From positions 32,001-96,000 of the IMG/VR virus record IMGVR_UViG_3300049259_000177: 64,000 nt of DNA; one strand, 5' to 3'. Every line of letters begins with the position of its first letter. The first letter of the stretch is position 1. This stretch comes from a virus. Under the pieces are notes generated by a model, which was given only the letters and a program-made list of their open reading frames with translations, was not told where the DNA came from and did no database searches. Shown piece after piece: positions 9,171-17,400 of the stretch. Made by a program: the position numbers and the translations under genes.

Positions 9171-9893
9171 GTGGCAGTCACCACCCACAACGGCCGTACC
9201 TTCGACCGGCGCGTGCACTTCGACGAGAAGTCGCGCGCGTTCCCGATCCGCACCGTCATCGGGCCGGTCGCACGAGTGCCGAAGCAGTGGCGTCCCGGCA
9301 TGACCCTGGACCAAGGCGAGGAAGGCACTTGCGTAGGCCACGGCTGGGAGGCTGAACTACTCGCCAGCCCGGTGCGAGTGAAGGTTGCCGATGCGGCGGC
9401 CGGTCACCAACAAGCCGTCGGGATCTACGAGCGCGCAAAGCAACTCGACGACGAGCCGGGCGAGGCGTACGAGGGCACCTCGGTGATCGCCGGTGCGAAA
9501 GTGCTCGTGGAGCGCGGCTACATGGCGGAGTACCGGTGGGCGTTCGGCATCGACGACCTGATCGACGCCGTCGTCGCGCACGGCCCGGTGGTCGTCGGCA
9601 CCGACTGGCACGACGGCATGTATCAAACGCGGCCCAGCGGGTTGATAGAGGTCGGTGGGCCGGTCGTCGGCGGCCATTGCTGGTTGATCTACGGCTACCA
9701 CCCCGCCATGCGCATCCGGGGCGAGGACTGGAAAGCGCGATACGAGGTCCTGCGTATGAGGAATTCATGGGGGCCGACCTATGGACTCGGAGGTTCCGGG
9801 CTCATCAAGGTCGAGGACATGGACGCCCTGCTGAAAGCGCAGGGTGAATGCTGCGTCCCCACTCGCCGAGCCTACGGACCAGCCGCCGCTTAA
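9171..9893 (+). CDS. Papain-like (C1) cysteine peptidase
   Basis: DQGEEGTCVG (Gln/Cys), GGHC (His), RNSWG (Asn) catalytic motifs. Confidence 0.85.
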   Translation: MAVTTHNGRTFDRRVHFDEKSRAFPIRTVIGPVARVPKQWRPGMTLDQGEEGTCVGHGWEAELLASPVRVKVADAAAGHQQAVGIYERAKQLDDEPGEAYEGTSVIAGAKVLVERGYMAEYRWAFGIDDLIDAVVAHGPVVVGTDWHDGMYQTRPSGLIEVGGPVVGGHCWLIYGYHPAMRIRGEDWKARYEVLRMRNSWGPTYGLGGSGLIKVEDMDALLKAQGECCVPTRRAYGPAAA

Positions 9894-10036
9894 GGGCCGC
9901 GCCGCCCGCCCTGCACAGCCAGTCCGATCAGCCAGATCACGAGCATGACCAGCGCGACCCACCACAGGACGTGCACGGCAAAGCCGACGCCGCCGAGGAT
10001 CAGCGCGAGCAGTAAGACCAGCAGGAGAGCGCCCAT
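9890..10036 (-). CDS. Small hydrophobic membrane protein (48 aa)
   Basis: MGALLLVLLLALILGGVGFAVHVLWW..., resembling actinobacterial small hydrophobic proteins. Confidence 0.65.
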   Translation of the reverse strand: MGALLLVLLLALILGGVGFAVHVLWWVALVMLVIWLIGLAVQGGRRGP

Positions 10037-10046
10037 ACTCGGCACG

Positions 10047-11633
10047 TTACCCGGCTGGGCCCTCGCCAACGCCTGCTTCGAGGTCCGCCACGGTGTGGAT
10101 GGGGTCGTCGCGGTAGAACCCGCAGCCGGGAGCCTGGCACTCCGGGTTCGACTTACGCCGCTTGTCCTGCATGAACTCGTGTGGGCCGTCGACCTCCTGC
10201 TCGGCCTCCGGGGTGTGTGCCACCTCGGGCGCCTGGGCGTCAGGAGCGGGCTCCGCCGTTGTCGGCTCGGCGGCGGCCACGGCTTCGCTGTCAGCGGCAC
10301 CGTCGACAATCTCCGCGTCCTCGACGTCGCCGGGCTCGCCCGCGTCCTCGCCGCCGGTGCCGGACAGTACGGCGTCCAGGTCGGCGATCACCGGCGCGGA
10401 CTCGTCGCTCGCCCACACGGCGTAACGTTCCGCCTCGGCCCGGCGGGATTCGTCGCCGCGCAGTTTCTCGACGATCATCGAACGAAAGCCGTGCACCATC
10501 GGCGCAAGCGCGTTCAAGGGGAAGTCCTCGATGTTCTGTCGCCGGGCACGCACGAAGCGGCTGGCGAGTCCCGCCGGGGTGTTGCCCATCTGCTCGGCCT
10601 GCCACCCAAGTTCTACGAGCCAGGCGGCCCGGGCGGCTTTCTCGTCGAGTACCTCGCCCGTCGTCCCGTCGACGGGCTCCTGCTGCTCAGCGGTGGCGTC
10701 GGCGGGCTTCCCTGGCTCCGTCGGCGGTTCCGGGGCCGCAGCGGGTTCCTGAGGGGCACCGGGGGCCGTCTGCGCCGCCTTGGCACGAGCGAACGCTTCC
10801 TTGCGCTGCGCGGCCCGCTCTCGCTCCTCCCGGGCCTTCTCCTCCATGTCGGCGCGGTGCATCTCCTCAAAGGTGACAGTCCCAGCGAACTCGTCGGGGA
10901 ACACCTTGCGCAGCACCAGTGCTTCACTGCATTTCGCAAGCATGTGGTGGAAGCCCTTCTGCCACATCTCGCCGAGTTCCATGATCTGCGTGCCGTCCTC
11001 GCCGACGACCGGCACCTTGCGACGACTACCCTGTGCGCCCTGCCACTCGAACTTCGGGTAGAGCGGCGCGTACATGCCCCAGTGGGCGACGGCGTCGGAG
11101 ACGACCATCTGGCCGAAAGCATCGTAGTGACGGATGACGGCCTTGGCTGCGCCCGGGTAGCCCCGCGATTCGGGCCACTCGTCGTACCACACGCGCTGCA
11201 TGACGCCGGTGGCCTCGTTGTAGCGCCAGCAAGCGGGGTCGTCGTCGTCGCCGGTCCACAGCCAGGTGGCGGAGCCGACGAGGAGTCTGGTGCGGGCAGC
11301 GATCGTGCGATACCCATCAATCCCGACCTGAATGGTGAACTTTGCCTTGTCGCCCTCGCCACGCTGAATGAGGTACGCCTGCCTGCGCCACGGATCTACG
11401 TTCATCCGCTGGCAGACGTGCAGGAAGACTCTGAGGTGCGGGCGGGCGCGCTCATCGTCCGGGTTGGCGTTGGTGATTGCCGACAGCGCGGCTTTCTGCT
11501 CCGGGGTGAGCCGGGTCTGGTTCGGTTCGAGGGTCAGCGAGCCAAGGGTGACTACACCTTCCGGCTCAGGAATCTCGTCGGTGGTCGGGATCTGCTGTTC
11601 CTGCGGTGGCGCCTCGGCCGTAGTGCTGGTCAC
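10047..11633 (-). CDS. bet: Phage single-strand annealing protein (Redbeta/Bet-RecT family) with long C-terminal extension
   Basis: FLHVC...DPWRRQAY, QVGIDGYR, MLAKCSEALVLRKVFP motifs. Confidence 0.85.
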   Translation of the reverse strand: MTSTTAEAPPQEQQIPTTDEIPEPEGVVTLGSLTLEPNQTRLTPEQKAALSAITNANPDDERARPHLRVFLHVCQRMNVDPWRRQAYLIQRGEGDKAKFTIQVGIDGYRTIAARTRLLVGSATWLWTGDDDDPACWRYNEATGVMQRVWYDEWPESRGYPGAAKAVIRHYDAFGQMVVSDAVAHWGMYAPLYPKFEWQGAQGSRRKVPVVGEDGTQIMELGEMWQKGFHHMLAKCSEALVLRKVFPDEFAGTVTFEEMHRADMEEKAREERERAAQRKEAFARAKAAQTAPGAPQEPAAAPEPPTEPGKPADATAEQQEPVDGTTGEVLDEKAARAAWLVELGWQAEQMGNTPAGLASRFVRARRQNIEDFPLNALAPMVHGFRSMIVEKLRGDESRRAEAERYAVWASDESAPVIADLDAVLSGTGGEDAGEPGDVEDAEIVDGAADSEAVAAAEPTTAEPAPDAQAPEVAHTPEAEQEVDGPHEFMQDKRRKSNPECQAPGCGFYRDDPIHTVADLEAGVGEGPAG

Positions 11634-12061
11634 GTGCTCCTCCTGGTTGCCGGGTCGCTCTCCGGCGATCGGTCTGTCCTCGATGATGGGGTACGGGTAC
11701 GACAGTTTGGCGCGACATAGTCATTCGCAAGTTGCAGCACGACGTTGCACGCGATGGCCCACAGGTCGGGCCGGGCCTGCCGCAACCGGAGGGCGCGCGC
11801 GACCTCGCGGCGCTTGTCCTCGGGAATGCGCTGCCAGCACATCGCGCACACGACGTTGCCGTAGCGCACGGACAGGCCGCAGCCATGTGTCGGACAGTGG
11901 TGACGGCCACGGGTCTCGACGAACGGCTGGGTATAGACGCCGGGCGCCCGCCACTCGCGTGGCTGGGTCTCCGGCGGCAGTTCTTCGAGGTAGGCGATCT
12001 CGGCGGCGGTCATGTCGGGGCGCCGGACCCGTAACGGCCTATGCGGAAGGGCGCCGCTCAC
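11630..12061 (-). CDS. Hypothetical protein (Cys/His-rich)
   Basis: CPTHGC...CAMC; coupled with neighbours; exact bounds uncertain. Confidence 0.5.
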   Translation of the reverse strand: MSGALPHRPLRVRRPDMTAAEIAYLEELPPETQPREWRAPGVYTQPFVETRGRHHCPTHGCGLSVRYGNVVCAMCWQRIPEDKRREVARALRLRQARPDLWAIACNVVLQLANDYVAPNCRTRTPSSRTDRSPESDPATRRST

Positions 12062-12369
12062 CGCGAGCAGGCGCCGGTGTGCCCGGGCGGCTTGCGCGGC
12101 CCCGGTTCACCGGCGGGGTCGCCGATGCCGCAGAAGGGGCACAGCGCACGCTCGCGCTCGGAAGAGGCGAGCATCTCGACGACGATGCGGCGGGTCAGGT
12201 CGTGCGGCAACCGAACCCCGGCAGCCTCAGCGGCGCCGGACCACTCCTCCTCGGTGAAGTGCGCAGCCTTGTCGGCGGTGATGTCCATGCCGGACAGCCG
12301 CAGGTACAGACTGAACGCCTTGTTGCGGCGCGCGACCGTCTCGCGCTCCTCGGCGACGGTGGTGATCAC
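12058..12369 (-). CDS. Hypothetical protein
   Basis: AGGAGGAG RBS downstream of an island promoter; CPFC motif. Confidence 0.65.
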   Translation of the reverse strand: MITTVAEERETVARRNKAFSLYLRLSGMDITADKAAHFTEEEWSGAAEAAGVRLPHDLTRRIVVEMLASSERERALCPFCGIGDPAGEPGPRKPPGHTGACSR

Positions 12370-12447
12370 GGATCTCTCCTCCTGGCGGGCCGGTTCGCTC
12401 GCCAGCCCTCACCACGGAGTGTACCCGCTTAGCGTGACAGTCCGCAA
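12370..12447 (-). promoter_or_regulatory. Island promoter cassette (TTGCGG-N18-TACACT with CGCTAAGCGGG)
   Basis: Same spacer motif and a variant leader hairpin. Confidence 0.75.
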
Positions 12448-12634
12448 CAAGGGATTGCAGCAGGGCCCGCCCTGGCGAGTACGTGTGCCGGGTCATCGGG
12501 GGAGCGACCCCTCGCCGACACTCGGCCACTGTCCCGGCCAGGAGGGGGACCGAAGTCCCACACTTTTCACCGGGGAGCGCCTCGTGACGTGACCGCCAGG
12601 ACGAGCCATCTGTGCAGCGATCAGGATAGGGCCG

Positions 12635-13105
12635 TTACACGCCTCCGCTCAATGATGCGCTCCGGCGTTTCGCCGTTGGTGACGCCGTGGCACCTTCGAT
12701 CTTCTGTGTCACCTTCACCTTCGACCAGAACTCACGGTAGGTGGTCTGGCTGGCGACGAGCACGGTACCGATGGTGGCGATGAGGGTCTGTCCGTGCCCG
12801 ATGGTGCCGTCGACTACGCAGGTGATGACCGCGACGGCGACCGCGACGGCAGCGCCGACGAGAGTTCGGGTGGTCGTCGACCAGTGCGGTTGCTGAATGA
12901 TCGCGACGATCGGCGGGGAAATTACGCCCACCACGAGCCCCCACAGTGCCGTGGTCGTGACGATCGAGCCTGCGCTGTCCGCTGGGGGAGCCTTGCCGGT
13001 GGTGGCATACGCGGTGTGCTGCGCAGTGACGAGCAACAGGAGGCACGTAGCGAGCAGGACGAGGAACCTGATCACCCACGAACGCTGCCATAGTCGGACG
13101 AACAT
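12635..13105 (-). CDS. Putative holin
   Basis: GAGGAG RBS; several TM segments; LVVGVISPPIVAIIQQPHWS pattern seen in actinophage holins. Confidence 0.65.
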   Translation of the reverse strand: MFVRLWQRSWVIRFLVLLATCLLLLVTAQHTAYATTGKAPPADSAGSIVTTTALWGLVVGVISPPIVAIIQQPHWSTTTRTLVGAAVAVAVAVITCVVDGTIGHGQTLIATIGTVLVASQTTYREFWSKVKVTQKIEGATASPTAKRRSASLSGGV

Positions 13106-13116
13106 GCTGGACCTCC

Positions 13117-13656
13117 TCAGTAGCCGAAGCCGTAGAAGTAGAACCCGATTGGGTCGATGGCGAGGGTGTGGGGCGGCAGACGTACCAAGCATCTGCCGTC
13201 CAGGGGGCTGTAGGCCGTGCACGAAGACTGGCTGGGAGTGGGGGACGGGCTGTGCGGATGGTGGCTAGGGTGCGGCTTGGGTGAGCGATGGCTCGGGCTC
13301 GGTGACGGTGGCGGTTCAGACTGAGGTTGCGGCGTCGAAGGTCGCTGGGCCTGCTGCTCGATCTGCCGGATCATCTGCGGGCTGACCCCAGCGTTCTTGA
13401 GTGCATGACGGAACGCAGCCAACTGCCGATTCGCGCTTCCTATCCGGCCACTGAGCGCCTCGACCTGGCGGTTGGAGTGGCGCAGCGCGTCGAGCGCCCG
13501 GTCGAGACGCCGCCCATTCTGCTGGCTGCTCTCGTACGCCGAGTAGATGCCGTAGATAGCGACCGCGACGATGGCGAGTGCCGCAACTCGTCTCCATAAG
13601 GGCCCACTGCCCCGGGCGCGGGCATAGGTGGCTCGCGCTCGGTCACGTGTGGTCAC
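13117..13656 (-). CDS. Membrane-anchored coiled-coil/Pro-rich protein (lysis cassette)
   Basis: One TM, coiled coil, PSPSP tract. Confidence 0.6.
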   Translation of the reverse strand: MTTRDRARATYARARGSGPLWRRVAALAIVAVAIYGIYSAYESSQQNGRRLDRALDALRHSNRQVEALSGRIGSANRQLAAFRHALKNAGVSPQMIRQIEQQAQRPSTPQPQSEPPPSPSPSHRSPKPHPSHHPHSPSPTPSQSSCTAYSPLDGRCLVRLPPHTLAIDPIGFYFYGFGY

Positions 13657-13958
13657 GAGTGACCTCCGTTCTTGCGTTTCTCGTCGGCCCCGAACACAAG
13701 CGGCAAGCCCGTGAGGGAGACGCCGACGGCAACCGCAGCCGGGTCGACTTTCTTGGACAGGAACACCTCGTGGACGATGATCGCCATACCCGCGAGGAAG
13801 GCGATCACGTCGCGGACGGTGGCGAATCCTGTCGGCAGCCGGATGGTGATGCTCCGGCCGCGCCGAGGCGGTTCCGGTTCCGGTTCCGGAGGTGCCGTGA
13901 CCTTGCGTGGCGCACGCTTAGCCGGTGTGCGCTTCACGGGCTGCTTACGCTCGGTCAC
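13653..13958 (-). CDS. Small two-TM membrane protein (lysis cassette)
   Basis: Two hydrophobic helices, basic termini. Confidence 0.6.
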   Translation of the reverse strand: MTERKQPVKRTPAKRAPRKVTAPPEPEPEPPRRGRSITIRLPTGFATVRDVIAFLAGMAIIVHEVFLSKKVDPAAVAVGVSLTGLPLVFGADEKRKNGGHS

Positions 13959-13985
13959 GCACCGAAGGTTAGGCGCGGAGTCTGG

Positions 13986-14447
13986 TTAGCGTCGCCCCGT
14001 CGCCTTGCGCGGCGAGGCTTTCTTGACGGCCGGTTTCTGTCCGTCCGCCGTCGGCGTAGGCCGGGGTTCGACCGGCGGTAGTTGCTCTCGCTGCCGTGTC
14101 TTGCGCGAGCCGTGCTGGCCGTCCTGCAACCGGGCGATCTGCGCGAGCAGGCGCTCCCGCTCCTCGTCCCACTGGGCCTTCTCGCTGACGTAGCGCTGGG
14201 CCAAGGTGTTCAGTGACGCCCGCGCCTGCGCCTCGCGGTCGAGCCCTTGGAGCATCTGGTCGCGGACGACTTCGATCGACGCGTCCTTGACGGCATCGGC
14301 GCTGACGTCGAGATTCAGCGCGCCCCCTGGCGCTGGCGGCGCAGGAGCCGGTTGTTGCGCGGTCCGGTCGGCGACGCGCTCGACGGCTGTCTTCGCTGCC
14401 GCGACTGCGGCCTCGACGTCCGGGTCGGGTTCAGGCATGCACGGCAT
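13986..14447 (-). CDS. Hypothetical coiled-coil protein
   Basis: ORF directly after the tail tip gene. Confidence 0.55.
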   Translation of the reverse strand: MPCMPEPDPDVEAAVAAAKTAVERVADRTAQQPAPAPPAPGGALNLDVSADAVKDASIEVVRDQMLQGLDREAQARASLNTLAQRYVSEKAQWDEERERLLAQIARLQDGQHGSRKTRQREQLPPVEPRPTPTADGQKPAVKKASPRKATGRR

Positions 14448-14477
14448 GCTTGCACACGCTGTCCCGAGCCTGGCGCA

Positions 14478-17400
14478 TCACGCGGCGGCGAGAGCGTCGA
14501 CCTGCTTGCGTAGCGTTGCGATCTCCGCCTTGAGCGCAGCGAGGTCGGCGTCGTGCTCCTTGACGATCGGGAGCAGCGGAACCCAGCCCCGGGCGTAGTC
14601 GACGCTGTCGACGCTGTCGAGGTAGTGGATGACGAGTTCGTCGAGACCGGCCGCCCACACCTCCTCGGCGATCAGCCCCCACTGCAACTGCTCGTTGGGC
14701 TCCTCGTCGTCGAACAGGTCAGTGCGCCAGTTGTACTCGACGGCACGGGCCTTGAAGATGCGGCGCGGGTCGGACAGGTCGGCGATGTTCTGCTTGAACC
14801 GTTCAGAGGATGAGATCTTGCCGAGCCTGAATGGCGAGCCAGACCCCCAGATCGTCGACGCATTGTTGGTCGTATATCCGTTGATCGTGTCGGCGCCGTA
14901 GAACGCCACGCCGGTCAACTCGAAGTTGGCGTTACAGGAGATGGTGCCACCACCGTTGTTGATCTGGCCGACGGCGTTGATCGCGTAGCCGCCCATGCCC
15001 AGCCCGCCGGTGATCGACGGGCTGGCGAGCGTGACACCGGAGATGGTGTGGCCGTTGCCGACGACGTCGGTGCCGAGGTAGATCCCCGTACCGATGCTGC
15101 CAAGGCTGACCGACCCGTTTATGGACACCGATTGGTTGGCTGCGCCGATACTGATCAGGCCGTTGCTTTGCATGATGATCAGCGAGCCTGCGTTGACCAG
15201 CGTCAATGACGTGCCGCCGCTGTAGCCGATACCAGCCGAGCCGCCGGAAGAGTTGTAGAAGTAGATGGTGTCGGCACCACTGCTGCTGATCTCGACGCGC
15301 GCACCTGACGCGGCGGTGCGGATCAGGCCGCCGGTGATCGTCCCGCCGGTGACCGAGATGAACGGCGCACCGCCGCTGATCGCCATAGTGGCGACTTCGA
15401 TGCCACCGGAGTCGAAAACATGAAAGCCGGAGCCGTTCATCTCGGTGCGTGCGCCGGAGTCGGCGGTCTTGATGCGCGCGGACACCGTGACGTCCGCCGT
15501 CAGGAGACCGGCGATGAGCGAGCCGACGCTGACCGTCGCGATCTTCGCCGCCTGAATGGTCGCGTCGACGATCTTGGCGTTGGTGATCGTCGCGTCACCG
15601 ATCTTGGCGTTGATGATCGTGCCGTCGGCGATCTGCGCGGTGCCGATAGCGGCGTTGGCGATCTGCGCGGTGCCGACAGCGGCGTTGGCGATCTTGGCTG
15701 TGACGATCGACGCGTCAGCGATGTTCGCCGTCCCGACGGCAAGGGCGCCGATCTTCGCGTTGGTGATCGCCGCGTCCGCGATCTTCGCCGTGGTGATCGC
15801 CGCGTCCGCGATCTGTGCCGATCCGACCACTCGCCGCAACTGGATGTCGTCCACCCAGATCGAGGACCCGGCGGGGGAGGTGTTGAGCGCCCAAACCGAC
15901 AGCAGCATCTCTTGCATACCGGCAGGCACCACGAACAAGCCCTCGTACTTCGCTGTCGCGACGCCGACAGCCGTCGGGGCGATCGGCGTCGCGCTCAGTG
16001 TGGCCGCCGCGTTGAACATGGTCACTTGCAGCATCGCCCCGGCCACTGAACCGCGAGCCTGTATCGAGATGTACCACACGTCACCGGGCGTGGTGCCTAT
16101 CGTCCCTTGGGGCGCAGCGGTGACCAGGATCGCGCTGTTGCTGGTGGCGGCCGTTCCCGAAGGTGTCAGTTTCATCGACTTCGAGCCGTTGATCGGCGCG
16201 GCTACATCCAATGCGACGGCGCCCGAGTATCCCGATGCAACCCCGGACTTCCAGCCTGCCGCCATCGTCGGTGCGGCGGACGATACTTCCTCGAAGCCGG
16301 GGTTGAGCAGCACGTTGTCGGACAGTGCGCCGACGGTCAACTTCTCGGTGCTGACGGCACCGGAGGCGATCTGTGTCGCCGTAATGGCGCCCGCAGCGAT
16401 CAAGCCGGTGGTGATCGCGCCGGTGATGATCTTCGGCGTGGTGATCGCACCGTCGGCGATCTGCGCCGTCACCGTGACCTTGCGCATCTCCACGGCATCG
16501 ACGCATAGGTAGTTCCCGGTATTCGGGTGCGAGTTATAGACGACGACCTGGGCGTAACTGGCTCCGGCGGGCGCTGTCCGCTGACCCTCGTAGACTTGGT
16601 CGTTCTTCGTGCCACCGGGGCCGCCGACATTGCTCAGGTAATCGACTGAACCGATCAGGCTCTTGTTGCCGTCGTACCAATTGACGCGCAGATAGATGCC
16701 GTTGGTCACGGCAGTGGTGTTGCCGTAGAGCATGCGCAGAAAGTAAGCCGCGCCGCCTTGGACAGGAATGAAGTCCGACCAGATGGAGGTCCAACTCGCC
16801 GGATCGGCGAACAACACGGCATATTGCTGCCCCGACGTCGCCCGTGCGGCGCTGAGTTCCAAGTAGGAGTTCGCCTGATTGGAGGTGTCCGCGTTGTTGT
16901 ACCAGCGCGCAATATTCAACGTGTTACCGGTCGGTGCGTTTAGTGCGACGCCGATGTCCTCGAAAGAGGAGTTCGGCAGGAGGTTGTCGCCGATGGCCCC
17001 GATGGTCAGTTTCTCGGCAGTCACCGCCCCGGCGGCGATCTGAGTAGCCGTGACCGCCCCGGCGGCAAGGACTGCTGTGGTAACGCTGCCTGCGATGAGT
17101 TTGGGGGTGGAGATCGAGCCGTCGGCGATCTGCGTCGACGTGACTGCGTTCGCCGCAATGATTGCAGAGGTGACCGAGTTGACCGCGAGCACAGCAGTCG
17201 TGACGCTGCCAGCAGCGAGTTGGGTGGTGCCGACCGTGCCGGGCAGGATCTCATCGGGCATCGGCGAATAGGCTGTGGCGACATTACCTCGCTCGATCTG
17301 TAGCCCGTCGAAGTAAACGCCCGCGCCAGTTGTGCCGTAGAGACGCAGGTCGACAGACGTTGTCGTCGGTCCGGAGGTGAGCGGGATCTCGATGATCTGC

